Source of the DNA: Bacteroidaceae bacterium
Lineage (GTDB): Bacteria; Bacteroidota; Bacteroidia; Bacteroidales; Bacteroidaceae
Length of the DNA: 64,000 nucleotides
Direction: 5' to 3'
Assembly: GCA_045613945.1 (NCBI GenBank)
Contig: JAZLBZ010000017.1
Location: forward strand, 41,703-105,702
The notes beneath the pieces are model-generated. The model did not search any database. It worked only from the letters and a program-made list of their open reading frames with translations, and was not told where the DNA came from. Position numbers and translations under genes: made by a program. Below are positions 44,513 to 54,825 of this stretch, piece by piece. Numbering within the stretch: position 1 is the stretch's first letter; each line of letters begins with the position of its first letter.

Positions 44513-47500
44513 TTAGATGTTCTTGCCGTGACAGTTCTTGAACTTCTTGCCGCTACCGCATGGGCATGGGTCGTTGCGGCCCACAGTCTTCTCAACGCGC
44601 AGAGGCTCGCGCTTTGCGTTTTCGCGTGTATCCTGCTGTGCTGCTGCCTGCTGGTTGCGGTCATTCAGGTCAACCTTTGTCTCGCTGTACTTCTGCTGCG
44701 GCCTGTTGCGGCTTGGGTCGGGAGCAACCTTTACGTTGGTTTGCTGCTTCTCCTGTACCGGAATCTGTCCGCGCATGAGTATCGCTGCTGTCTGGTCGTT
44801 GATTTTGCCCACCATCTTGTCGAACAGTGTAACCGACTCAAGCTTGAATATCAAGAGTGGGTCTTTCTGCTCGTAACTTGCATTCTGCACTGAGTGCTTC
44901 AGCTCATCAAGGTCGCGCAGGTTCTCCTTCCATGCGTTGTCTATGGTGTGCAGCAGTATTGCCTTCTCAAAGCACTTGATGACCTCCTTGCCCTGTGACT
45001 CGTAGGCTGCCTTTACATTTACAGGAATTTGGTATATGTGGCGGCCGTCTGTTACTGGAACAAAGATGTTCTTGTCGTGCATCTCGGGGTGTTCCTTGTA
45101 TACGAAGTTGATGAATGGCAATGCAATCTCGGCCATGCGCTCTGTGCGCTGTTTGAATGTTGCCATTGCTGCCTCAAAGATGAGTTCGGCCTTCTGTTCA
45201 GGTTCCATCTTGTAGAACTTGGCCTCATCGTTTATTGGCATCTCGATTGAGAACTGTCGCAGTGTCTCCATCTTTGCGTCCTCGAATGTGTAATTCTCGG
45301 CGATGTTGCAGCAGCGGTCCCACAGCATGTTTACAATGTCCATGCCAATACGCTCGCCAATGAGTGCGTGGCGGCGCTTGGTGTATACAACGTTACGCTG
45401 CTTGTTCATTACATCATCGTACTCGAGCAGGCGCTTGCGAATGCCGAAGTTGTTCTCCTCAACCTTCTTCTGTGCGCGCTCAATTGACTTTGAAATCATT
45501 GAATGCTCAATCATCTCGCCATCCTTGAAACCAAGACGGTCGAGAGTTCTTGATATACGCTCCGAACCGAACAGACGCATCAAGTTATCCTCGAGTGACA
45601 CGAAGAACACTGACGAGCCCGGGTCGCCCTGACGTCCGGCACGTCCGCGCAACTGGCGGTCTACACGGCGCGATTCGTGGCGCTCAGTACCAATGATTGC
45701 CAAACCGCCGGCATCGCGTACCTCCTGGCTAAGTTTGATGTCGGTACCACGTCCCGCCATGTTGGTGGCAATTGTTACAGTGCCCGAATATCCGGCCTTC
45801 GCAACAATGTCGGCCTCCTTTTGGTGGAGTTTGGCGTTTAGCACGTTGTGTGGTATCTTGCGAATTGTGAGCAGGCGGCTCAGCAACTCAGAAATCTCAA
45901 CCGATGTTGTACCTACGAGTACAGGGCGGCCGGCCTTTACAAGCTTCTCTACCTCCTCAATCACTGCGTTGTACTTCTCGCGCTTTGTCTTGTAGATGCG
46001 GTCGTTCATATCCTTGCGCGCGATTGGGCGGTTTGTTGGGATTACCACCACGTCAAGTTTGTAGATATCCCAGAATTCGCCTGCCTCGGTCTCTGCTGTA
46101 CCGGTCATACCGGCAAGTTTGTGGTACATGCGGAAGTAGTTCTGCAATGTGATGGTGGCGAATGTCTGTGTCGCAGCCTCAACCTTCACGCGCTCTTTTG
46201 CTTCAATGGCCTGGTGCAGACCGTCAGAGTAGCGGCGGCCCTCCATAATACGGCCAGTCTGCTCGTCGACAATCTTTACCTGTCCGTCCTCTGATACCAC
46301 GTACTCAACATCTCGGTCGAACATTGTGTATGCTTTGAGCAACTGGTTGATGGTGTGGATGCGCTCCGACTTTATTGAGTAGTTGGTGAGCATCTCCTCC
46401 TTCTTTGCAATCTTCTCTTCGCTTGAGAGTGTAGTGTCGCTTTCAAGTTGTGAGAGTTCTGTTGCAATGTCGGGCAGCACAAAGAAGTTCTGGTCTGTGA
46501 GGTTTCCGGTAATAAGTTCAATACCCTTGTCGGTGAGGTCGGCGCTGTTGCCCTTCTCATCAATTACAAAGTATAGCGGTTCAATAGCCTCGGGCATGCG
46601 CTTGTTGTTCTGCTCAAGGTAAATCTCCTCGGTCTTGAGCATGCCGGTCTTTACGCCGGGCTCACTGAGCAACTTGATGAGCGCCTTGTTCTTTGGGAGC
46701 GCCTTGTGGCTGCGGAACAGTGAGAGGTAACCCGCGTTTACCTCCTCCTTGTTGTCCGAGTATATCTTTGTTCTTGCCTCCGCAAGGAACTGTGTCGCGA
46801 GTCTCTTCTGTGCCTCTACCAGGCGCTCTACCAATGGGCGGTACTCCTCGAACATCTGGTCGGTGCTGCGTGGTACGGGGCCTGAGATGATGAGCGGTGT
46901 ACGTGCGTCGTCAATGAGCACCGAGTCTACCTCGTCGACAATAGCGTAGTTGTGCATGCGCTGTACAAGGTCGCTTGGCTGTGTTGCCATGTTGTCGCGC
47001 AGGTAGTCAAAGCCGAACTCGTTGTTTGTACCGAATGTGATGTCGGCCATGTATGCCTTGCGGCGCTCGTCCGAGTTTGGACGGTGCTTGTCAATGCAGT
47101 CTACGCTCAAACCGTGAAACATGTAGAGCGGTCCCATCCACTCCGAGTCACGCTTTGCAAGGTAGTCATTCACTGTTACCACGTGAACGCCGTTGCCTGT
47201 GAGGGCGTTAAGGAACACAGGGAGTGTTGCAACCAGTGTCTTACCCTCACCTGTCGCCATCTCGGCAATCTTTCCCTTGTGCAGTACGACACCGCCGAAC
47301 AACTGCACGTCATAGTGAATCATGTTCCACACAGTGTCGTTGCCGCCGGCCTGCCAGTGGTTATGGTAGATGGCTTTGTCGTCCTCAATGGTTACAAAGT
47401 CAAACTTTGATGCGAGTTCGCGGTCAAAGTCGTTGGCTGTTACAACAACATCCTTCTGCTCGGCAAAACGGCGTGCGCTGTCCTTTACAATGGCAAATGC

Positions 47501-47827
47501 CTCGGGGAGGGCCTGGTCAAGAGCCTTGTCGAGTTTCTCAAGAACCTCTTTCTCCAATTTGTCAATCTGTGCGAATATCGCCTCGCGCTTTTCCAGTTCA
47601 GTCTCTTCAATGCTTGCCTTCAGAGCGTCAATCCTTGCACGCTCCTCGGTGGCAGAACCCTGTATCTTTGCCTTGAGCGCAGCCGATGCCGCTCTCAACT
47701 CATCATTGCTCAATGCCGATATCGCAGGATATGCGGCCTTGACCTTTTCAACCCAAGGCTGTATCTCCTTCATGTCTCGGCTAGCCTTGTTTCCAAAAAT
47801 CTTGCTTATTAAATCAATAAAACCCAT
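44513..47827 (-). CDS. secA: Preprotein translocase ATPase SecA
   Basis: [14 protein letters not shown] (Walker A), [31 protein letters not shown], and the C-terminal zinc motif [14 protein letters not shown]. Confidence 0.95.
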   Translation of the reverse strand: MGFIDLISKIFGNKASRDMKEIQPWVEKVKAAYPAISALSNDELRAASAALKAKIQGSATEERARIDALKASIEETELEKREAIFAQIDKLEKEVLEKLDKALDQALPEAFAIVKDSARRFAEQKDVVVTANDFDRELASKFDFVTIEDDKAIYHNHWQAGGNDTVWNMIHYDVQLFGGVVLHKGKIAEMATGEGKTLVATLPVFLNALTGNGVHVVTVNDYLAKRDSEWMGPLYMFHGLSVDCIDKHRPNSDERRKAYMADITFGTNNEFGFDYLRDNMATQPSDLVQRMHNYAIVDEVDSVLIDDARTPLIISGPVPRSTDQMFEEYRPLVERLVEAQKRLATQFLAEARTKIYSDNKEEVNAGYLSLFRSHKALPKNKALIKLLSEPGVKTGMLKTEEIYLEQNNKRMPEAIEPLYFVIDEKGNSADLTDKGIELITGNLTDQNFFVLPDIATELSQLESDTTLSSEEKIAKKEEMLTNYSIKSERIHTINQLLKAYTMFDRDVEYVVSEDGQVKIVDEQTGRIMEGRRYSDGLHQAIEAKERVKVEAATQTFATITLQNYFRMYHKLAGMTGTAETEAGEFWDIYKLDVVVIPTNRPIARKDMNDRIYKTKREKYNAVIEEVEKLVKAGRPVLVGTTSVEISELLSRLLTIRKIPHNVLNAKLHQKEADIVAKAGYSGTVTIATNMAGRGTDIKLSQEVRDAGGLAIIGTERHESRRVDRQLRGRAGRQGDPGSSVFFVSLEDNLMRLFGSERISRTLDRLGFKDGEMIEHSMISKSIERAQKKVEENNFGIRKRLLEYDDVMNKQRNVVYTKRRHALIGERIGMDIVNMLWDRCCNIAENYTFEDAKMETLRQFSIEMPINDEAKFYKMEPEQKAELIFEAAMATFKQRTERMAEIALPFINFVYKEHPEMHDKNIFVPVTDGRHIYQIPVNVKAAYESQGKEVIKCFEKAILLHTIDNAWKENLRDLDELKHSVQNASYEQKDPLLIFKLESVTLFDKMVGKINDQTAAILMRGQIPVQEKQQTNVKVAPDPSRNRPQQKYSETKVDLNDRNQQAAAQQDTRENAKREPLRVEKTVGRNDPCPCGSGKKFKNCHGKNI

Positions 47828-47874
47828 ATGTTGTGTATTTTTTTATTCTCTGCCTGACGCTTTGTGCGTATTTG

Positions 47875-47882
47875 CAAAGGTA
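47875..47882 (-). promoter_or_regulatory. Candidate Bacteroides-type -7 box (TAnnTTTG) for secA
   Basis: The minus strand reads tacctttg, about 50 nt upstream of the secA ATG. Confidence 0.35.
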
Positions 47883-48054
47883 GTGATAATTTGCTGAAAT
47901 TACCTTATATGATGGATATTAAATTTGCCTTTTTTTATTTATCCATCTGCAAAAAGCGTGCCAAGAGAAAAACAACTGCAATATTTGACAGTTTTTTGAC
48001 AAAATCTGCCATATTTAGGCTAAAAAATCTTACCTTCGCCCAAAATGAATCAAT

Positions 48055-49878
48055 ATGAAAAAGATATTTTTTGCAGTTTGTTCGTCGCTGGTGCTCTCTT
48101 TGGCATCGTGCACAGTTGGTGAAAAGGTGTATCGTGCAAGTGATTTCGGTGTCCTTCCCGGTACAGGTGAGGACATGACACAGGAACTGGCGCTGGCTGT
48201 CGAGACCATCAAGGCCGAGCGCGCGGGCAAGCCTGCAGTCCTTGTGATTGATGCGGGCGAGTATGACTTCTTCCCCGACAGTGCAAACGTGCGCGAGTAC
48301 TATGTCAGCAATCACGACCAGGATAACCCAAAGCGCGTGGCGTTGGCTCTTGAAGGCGTAAAGAACCTTACCGTCAAGGGCGAGGGTGCAGGCGGTGCAA
48401 ACTTCATGATGAACGGGCGAATGCTGCCTATTGCAATGGTTGGCTGCGAGAACTGCACGCTTGAGAATGTCACAGTTGACACACGTGTCCCACAGATTAC
48501 ACAGGTTGAGGTTCTTGAGAACAAGAACGGCTACATAACATATCGCGTTGCGCCATATGTGAACTACAGAATCGACAATGGCCGTCTTGTTGTCTATGGC
48601 AGCAACTGGGAATTTGTCCCCTGTTGGGGTATAGCCTTTGAGGGTGATACAAAGCACATCATATACACAACAAGCGATATTGGTGTCGGAACTTCGGGTG
48701 TCGAGGAGGTTGAGCCTCGCGTAATCCGTGCGCCCTGGAACGACGCCCGTCTTGTGCCCGGCAGTGTAATTGCAATGCGCTCATATCAGCGTCCGACTCC
48801 GGGAATCTTTGTTACAGAGTGCAAGAACACACTCCTGTCCGGCATCTGGGTACATTATGCCGAGGGTATGGGCCTTCTTGCGCAGATGAGCGAGAATATC
48901 ACCCTTGACGGCTTTAATGTTGCGCTCCGTGAGGGCAGCGGCCGCTATTTCACTACACAGGCCGATGCTACACACTTCTCGGGCTGCAAGGGCAAGATTG
49001 AGTCGGTTGACGGTCTCTATGAGGGCATGATGGACGATGCCATCAATGTTCATGGAACCTATCTTCGCGTTGTGCAGCGTCTTGATGACAATACCTTAGT
49101 TGGCCGCTACATGCATGGTCAGGCCTATGGCTTCTACTGGGGCGGCGCAGGTGACAGCGTGCAGTTCGTGCGTTCCGATGTCATGGAAATCACCGAGGGC
49201 AACCGTGTTGTGGAGATTGCGCCATTTGACAAGGAGCAACTTGCCGGCTGCAAGGAGTTCAAGATTAAGTTCGAGAAACCTCTGCCTGCAGATGTTGCCA
49301 ACGGAAAGTATGGCATCGAGAACCTTGAGTGGACCCCCGAGGTGTATTTTGCAGGCAATGTAATCCGCAACAACAGGGCACGTGGCGCCTTGTTCAGCAC
49401 GCCAAAGAAGACACTTGTCGAGAAGAATCTCTTTGACCACACATCCGGTACAGCAATCCTGCTCTGTGGTGACTGCAATGGCTGGTTCGAGACAGGCGCA
49501 TGCCGCGACGTTGTTATCCGCAACAACCATTTTGTCAATGCCCTTACAAGCATGTTCCAGTTCACCAACGGCATCATCTCAATCTACCCCGAGATTCCCG
49601 ACCTTGCATCGCAGACAAAGTATTTTCACGGCGGTGACGGCAGGGGCGTAGTGATTGAAAATAATGTCTTCGAGACCTTTGATGCTCCAATTGTGTATGC
49701 CAAGTCAATTGATGGCCTGGTGTTCAGGGGCAACAAGGTTATGCAGAACAGTGACTTTGCTCCATTCCACTGGAATACATACCGTTTTCTCTTTGACAAG
49801 GTTGTCAATGTGACTATTGAGAACAATGATTTCTCTACAGGCTTTGACGAGGAGAAGGATGTGAAATATCGCTATTGA
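48055..49878 (+). CDS. Right-handed beta-helix glycoside hydrolase lipoprotein, GH110 alpha-1,3-galactosidase-like
   Basis: Lipoprotein signal (LSLASC). The motifs REYYVSNHDQDNPKRVAL, YAEGMGLLAQ, YFTTQADATHFSGCKGKI, GMMDDAINVHGTY, NNRARGALFSTPKK and TSGTAILLCGDCNGWFETGACRDV match my memory of Bacteroides GH110 enzymes. Confidence 0.6.
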   Translation: MKKIFFAVCSSLVLSLASCTVGEKVYRASDFGVLPGTGEDMTQELALAVETIKAERAGKPAVLVIDAGEYDFFPDSANVREYYVSNHDQDNPKRVALALEGVKNLTVKGEGAGGANFMMNGRMLPIAMVGCENCTLENVTVDTRVPQITQVEVLENKNGYITYRVAPYVNYRIDNGRLVVYGSNWEFVPCWGIAFEGDTKHIIYTTSDIGVGTSGVEEVEPRVIRAPWNDARLVPGSVIAMRSYQRPTPGIFVTECKNTLLSGIWVHYAEGMGLLAQMSENITLDGFNVALREGSGRYFTTQADATHFSGCKGKIESVDGLYEGMMDDAINVHGTYLRVVQRLDDNTLVGRYMHGQAYGFYWGGAGDSVQFVRSDVMEITEGNRVVEIAPFDKEQLAGCKEFKIKFEKPLPADVANGKYGIENLEWTPEVYFAGNVIRNNRARGALFSTPKKTLVEKNLFDHTSGTAILLCGDCNGWFETGACRDVVIRNNHFVNALTSMFQFTNGIISIYPEIPDLASQTKYFHGGDGRGVVIENNVFETFDAPIVYAKSIDGLVFRGNKVMQNSDFAPFHWNTYRFLFDKVVNVTIENNDFSTGFDEEKDVKYRY

Positions 49879-51530
49879 TGACATTGCTGCATCGTTTTAA
49901 ATCAGATATATCGGTTGTTGAAACGCCCGGGCGTTTCAACAACCCTTTTTACTATATTCCCCACGAACTCTGCGTGCTGGCAGCCGAAGATGTGCGTTCC
50001 ATGCTGTTGTGCGACAAGGTGCTGGCCGCCGATGCTGCGCGTGGAAAGATGTTTGGTGTCCTTGTTGTGCGCGATGGTGATGGCGCTCTGGGGTATATTG
50101 CTGCATTCTCGGGGCTTCTTGCCGGCAGCAATAATGTTGCAGGCTTTGTGCCGCCGGTGTTCGACCTGCAGTCGCCAAGCGGCTACTTCAAGCAAGAGGA
50201 GAGCGAAATAACAGCGTTGAACGTAAGGATTAAGGATGCCGAATGCAGTGAGGCGTATACAGTTGCCATTGCAGCCGTTGCCGGGGCAAGACACGCAATG
50301 GAGGAGGAACTCTATGCCATGCGCGAGGAGATGCGCCGCAGTAAGCAATGCCGCAGCGAATTGCGTGCAGGCGGTTCTCTCTCTGCCGATGAAGAGGCGG
50401 CATTAGTGCGCGAGAGCCAGTTTCAGAAAGCCGAACTCAAGCGCATGGCGGCAAGGTGGCAACAAGTCATTGCCGGGCACGAGGCCGCCGTTGCTCCGTT
50501 GAAGGCTTCTATTGCAGCAATGAAGGAGGAGCGCAAGCGCCGTTCTGCCGCCTTGCAGCGCTGGCTGTTCCGGCAGTTCAAGGTACTCAACGGGCATGGC
50601 TGCGAAAAGAGCCTGCTTGATATCTTTGCCGAGCATTCCGGCATAATCCCGCCCGGCGGGGCAGGGGAGTGTGCGGCGCCCAAACTGTTGCAGTACGCCT
50701 ATCTCAACTCCTTGACTCCCATTGCGGTGGCCGAGTTCTGGATTGGCGCATCGCCACAGGGCGAGGTACGTCGCGACGGCTGTTTCTATGGTGCTTGCAA
50801 GAGTAAATGTGAACCAATTCTTGGCTTTATGCTTCAGGGACTTGATGTCGAGGAGAATGCACTCGAAAAAGGTGGCGATATAAGTGAAATAGCCATTGTG
50901 TACGAGGATGAGCATATCGTGGTGGTCGACAAGCCGGCAGGTGTGCTCTCGGTGCCGGGCATCGTGGGCGGTACATCGGTGCAGCAGTGGCTGCGCGATG
51001 AGTATCTGCACAGCAACGGGCTCTTTGTTGTGCATCGTCTTGATATGGCAACATCGGGGCTTCTAGTTGCGGCAAAGTCGATGGATGCCTACAAGGAACT
51101 GCAGCGGCAGTTTGCCGGCCGCGAGGTCAAGAAACAGTATACGGCAATTCTTGATGGAGTGCCTGTGAATGGTGAGGGTGTCATTGAACTTCCGCTCGCT
51201 GCCGACTATGACAACCGCCCTCGCCAAAAGGTCGACTATGCTGGTGGCAAGCCTGCCGTGACACGTTACAAGGTCATTGGCACTGTGGAGCGCGATGGCC
51301 GCCTGTGTGCTGTTGTATACTTTGAGCCTGTTACGGGCCGCACTCATCAACTGCGTGTTCATGCTGCACACAAGGATGGTCTTGATTGCCCAATTGTGGG
51401 CGATTCCCTTTATGGTGGTACGGCGGCCGGGAGGCTTATGTTGCACGCTTCGCGTGTCTCTTTTGTGCATCCGGTCACCAAGTGCTCTATGATACTTGAA
51501 CAAAGTGCTCCATTCCTTGAGTTTGTGTAG
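49878..51530 (+). CDS. RluA-family pseudouridine synthase with an N-terminal extension of about 330 aa
   Basis: The C-terminal part has HIVVVDKPAGVLSVPG, VHRLDMATSGLLVAAK and THQLRVHAAH. The ATG overlaps the upstream TGA as TGATG. Confidence 0.8.
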   Translation: MTLLHRFKSDISVVETPGRFNNPFYYIPHELCVLAAEDVRSMLLCDKVLAADAARGKMFGVLVVRDGDGALGYIAAFSGLLAGSNNVAGFVPPVFDLQSPSGYFKQEESEITALNVRIKDAECSEAYTVAIAAVAGARHAMEEELYAMREEMRRSKQCRSELRAGGSLSADEEAALVRESQFQKAELKRMAARWQQVIAGHEAAVAPLKASIAAMKEERKRRSAALQRWLFRQFKVLNGHGCEKSLLDIFAEHSGIIPPGGAGECAAPKLLQYAYLNSLTPIAVAEFWIGASPQGEVRRDGCFYGACKSKCEPILGFMLQGLDVEENALEKGGDISEIAIVYEDEHIVVVDKPAGVLSVPGIVGGTSVQQWLRDEYLHSNGLFVVHRLDMATSGLLVAAKSMDAYKELQRQFAGREVKKQYTAILDGVPVNGEGVIELPLAADYDNRPRQKVDYAGGKPAVTRYKVIGTVERDGRLCAVVYFEPVTGRTHQLRVHAAHKDGLDCPIVGDSLYGGTAAGRLMLHASRVSFVHPVTKCSMILEQSAPFLEFV

Positions 51531-51687
51531 TTTGTATCTTGTTGGCAGTCAGGGGTTTATCTCTCCATATTTTTAATGTTCTGAAAGAACCGTTCTGACT
51601 CTTTGTTTTTCAGGTTTTTTTTGCTTAATTTGCATAAAATTTATGCACGTCGGTTGCTGAAAAATATAACAATAAACATAAATCTAC

Positions 51688-54600
51688 ATGAAACTGAAAT
51701 CAACTATTCTTTCGGCATTTGCTGCCGTAATGTTCTGTGCGGGTACGCAGGCGCAGGGCGATTACTATGTGAAGCATGGCGCCGATGTAACAGTCAACCA
51801 TGCTGCGCATTACCCCATTATGGTGGGTGTAAGCAATGTGCGTGGTGACCAGCAAAAACTCAATGGCATAGCCTCTGCTCCTCGCTGCCAGGCCTATTTT
51901 GACAAGACGAGCACAGTCTTTGAGGTAAAAAGCGGCGAGACCGTTACCCCCCTCATTGCAATCAACGGCAGTTGGATGCATGGCTATGTCTATGTGGACT
52001 GGAACAATAACAGGCAGTTTGATGTGAACATCACAGGTGATGGCCCTTACGTTAAGGAAGAGGGCAATGAACTCATGTGCTGGTCGCTGTATGACAAAGG
52101 CGGCAAAGGCAATTCGGGCTGGAACAGCGCCGGTCTCAATGTAAGTGGCGATGTGCTGGCTCCTGGTTCATTCCGTGTGCCCGAGGGCCTTGAGGTCGGT
52201 TCTACCTATCGTATGCGATATGCTATTATGTGGAACTGTATCGACCCTACGGGTGCAACCTATGCAAACTACATTTCAGATGGTGCTTCCATCATTGATG
52301 TCACTTTGAAGATATCAGGCGTTGCCAGCGGCGATGAACTGTATGAATACCCAATCAACGAGTATACAGAGCCTCGAGTGGGTACTACACCCGACGCTGC
52401 AGCATGGAACGCTTTGCCCGATGGCCTTATTGCCACATGGGCGTCACGCGACGTACACTACAAACTGCACGAGGTACCACAGGTGACTCAAAAGGATGTT
52501 GCTACAATCCATGCCTGGAAGGGCGAACGTGCAAATATTCAGGCCGTTCTCTATAGCAAAACAGACCAGGATACACTCTCGGTGCGCATGACAGAGTGGA
52601 AGAAGAATGGCGAGGCTACCGGCATCAGCAGTGCCGAGGCGCGCTTTGTGAACTATGTAATAACTGACGACTTCACCTCTTGCGGAAACAACTCAATGAA
52701 CTATCCTACATGGCTTGTTGCCGATGTCATTGACCAGGACAAGCCACACGCCGTTCCTGCAATGGAGACACGCCCTGTGTGGTGTACCATTGAGGTGCCG
52801 CGTGATGTTGAGGCGGGTGAGTACACCACAGCGCTTGAGGTCATTGACAAGAATGGAAATGTGGTAAAGAATCTTGCGCTTACAATCAACGTGAACTCGC
52901 ACTCTTTGCCTACAGTTGCCAATCAGAAATTCCACCTCGACTTCTGGCAGCAGCCCTATGCTGTAAGCCGTTATTATGGCGTTGAGCGCTGGAGCGACGA
53001 GCATTATGAGGCTTTGCGTCCCTATCTCGCGGCTCTTGGACGTGCAGGACAGCGCGTTGTGAGCGCAATCCTCTTTTACGAGCCCTGGGGCGAGCAGACA
53101 CACGACCTCTTTGACCCAATGGTGCAGACAACAAAGAAGAGCGACGGTACTTGGGAATATGACTATACAGTCTTTGACAAGTATGTGGAACTTTGCGCCG
53201 AGTATGGCATCGACAAACAAATCAACTGCTTCAGTATGTTGCCCTGGGATATGAGTTTCCGCTATTTCGATGAGGCTTCAAATGGTTACAAGAATCTAAC
53301 CACAACATATTCATCGACTGAATATCGTGAGTTGTGGACAAGTTTCCTCACTGCCTTCAAGGCACACCTGCAGCAGAAGGGCTGGTTCGAGAAGACTGTC
53401 ATTGCCGTTGATGAGCGTGGCGAGGCTGCCATGCTAAAGGCTCATGAGATTGCCAACGCACTCGGCTTCAAGATGGCCTTGGCCGGCAACTATCACAGTT
53501 CGCTCTGTGATATCCTCCACGACAAGTGCGTGCAGCTTGGCCAGGAGCACCACATCACAGCGGCACAACTTGCCGACCGCAAGTCAAAGAACCGCATCAC
53601 AACATTCTACACAAGTTGTGCAAACAGCGAACCCAACATCTATACAAACTCATATCCAGCCGAGGCTGCCTATCTGCCAATCTATGCAGCAAAGATGAAC
53701 CTCGACGGCTATCTGCACTGGTCTTGGATGAACTGGGACGAGGACCCGCTTATCGACAGCCGCTATCGCAAGTTCGGTTCGGGCGATACCTACTGCTACT
53801 ATCCCGGAAACCGTTCAAGCGTGCGCTTTGAGCGTCTCATAGAGGGTATCCACCAATATGAGAAGATTCAGATTCTGCGCGAGGAGTACAAGGACGACGA
53901 GGATAAACTTGCCGACCTGCAGGCGTTGCTCGACCGCTTCAATGGTGCCAATGCAGGCACAGAGTGCGCTGCCATAGTAAATGACCTTGAGAATTTCCTT
54001 AACGGGCTCGAGGTGAAGATTCCCGATGCCGAGAATGTCCCAAGCGGATATTATCACCTTGTGAGTAGGGACGTTGCGCGCTACGAGCACCTTTATAACG
54101 ATGCCACTTTGAACGGAAACAGCTTGAAAATTACAATGCAGTCCGATACAAAAGTAAATACCAATAACGGTATGTGGCTTTTGACCCCCAAGAGAAACGG
54201 TAAATTTGAGATAAAGAACGGTGACGGAAACCCCATTGTAGCCGGTGGCGCAAACGGCGCTTCAATTCTTGGTTCATACACAGAACTCACAGTGGGCAGT
54301 TCGTTCGATGCCGACGGTTTTCATTACTACTATTTTACCGAGGCTCTCAACTGTTCCAATACAACATCAGCCTTCAAGGTTAGCGATATTCCCTGCCTTA
54401 CAACATGGTTGTCGGGTGGTGCCAACAAAGCCGACAACCAGTGGCGCCTTGAGCCCGTTGATATGGAGGGCAAGAGCGTATATGATGTGGTTATAGAGGG
54501 CAATGCCGATGCATACGTTACATTCAATGGCGGTTATGCCTTCAATGGCGGTTTCTTCATTACGGCATCAAGCATTGAGGCTGCCTATTTGTCGGTATAC

Positions 54601-54801
54601 GTTGACGGCAAAATATTGGATGATGCCGAGGTTAAGGTCTCGGGAAAGACAATCAAGGTTATTATCGGCCAGACCGGTATCAATAATCTCCATGCCGAGA
54701 ACAGCGATGCTAAAGCCGTCTATGACCTCAATGGCCGCAGAACGGTTGCACCTCACAAAGGCATTTATATCATAGATGGTGTCAAGACAATTGTCAAGTA
54801 A
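51688..54801 (+). CDS. Secreted multi-domain protein: GEVED-like N-domain, DUF4091-type glycoside-hydrolase-like core, shared 205-aa module, T9SS C-terminal sorting domain
   Basis: Signal peptide. YVDWNNNRQFD...GNE (GEVED-like). WSWMNWDEDP...GDTYCYYPG (DUF4091-like). C-terminal KAVYDLNGRRTVAPHKGIYIIDGVKTIVK (T9SS CTD). Confidence 0.7.
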   Translation: MKLKSTILSAFAAVMFCAGTQAQGDYYVKHGADVTVNHAAHYPIMVGVSNVRGDQQKLNGIASAPRCQAYFDKTSTVFEVKSGETVTPLIAINGSWMHGYVYVDWNNNRQFDVNITGDGPYVKEEGNELMCWSLYDKGGKGNSGWNSAGLNVSGDVLAPGSFRVPEGLEVGSTYRMRYAIMWNCIDPTGATYANYISDGASIIDVTLKISGVASGDELYEYPINEYTEPRVGTTPDAAAWNALPDGLIATWASRDVHYKLHEVPQVTQKDVATIHAWKGERANIQAVLYSKTDQDTLSVRMTEWKKNGEATGISSAEARFVNYVITDDFTSCGNNSMNYPTWLVADVIDQDKPHAVPAMETRPVWCTIEVPRDVEAGEYTTALEVIDKNGNVVKNLALTINVNSHSLPTVANQKFHLDFWQQPYAVSRYYGVERWSDEHYEALRPYLAALGRAGQRVVSAILFYEPWGEQTHDLFDPMVQTTKKSDGTWEYDYTVFDKYVELCAEYGIDKQINCFSMLPWDMSFRYFDEASNGYKNLTTTYSSTEYRELWTSFLTAFKAHLQQKGWFEKTVIAVDERGEAAMLKAHEIANALGFKMALAGNYHSSLCDILHDKCVQLGQEHHITAAQLADRKSKNRITTFYTSCANSEPNIYTNSYPAEAAYLPIYAAKMNLDGYLHWSWMNWDEDPLIDSRYRKFGSGDTYCYYPGNRSSVRFERLIEGIHQYEKIQILREEYKDDEDKLADLQALLDRFNGANAGTECAAIVNDLENFLNGLEVKIPDAENVPSGYYHLVSRDVARYEHLYNDATLNGNSLKITMQSDTKVNTNNGMWLLTPKRNGKFEIKNGDGNPIVAGGANGASILGSYTELTVGSSFDADGFHYYYFTEALNCSNTTSAFKVSDIPCLTTWLSGGANKADNQWRLEPVDMEGKSVYDVVIEGNADAYVTFNGGYAFNGGFFITASSIEAAYLSVYVDGKILDDAEVKVSGKTIKVIIGQTGINNLHAENSDAKAVYDLNGRRTVAPHKGIYIIDGVKTIVK

Positions 54802-54825
54802 CAATAATTCCAAATAGTTTTAATA

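Noticed and set aside
47935-48657. Long antisense or shadow ORFs in the six-frame track. Examples: 47935-48657(-), 55117-56154(-), 58006-58803(-), 4528-5325(+), 15110-15784(+), 33525-34160(-), 50403-51035(-), 52693-53220(-), 5890-6447(+).
   Set aside because: Each lies entirely opposite or overlapping a much longer ORF with clear family motifs. They have skewed, low-complexity or Cys/Arg/His-rich composition typical of antisense frames, and none has a recognisable domain.
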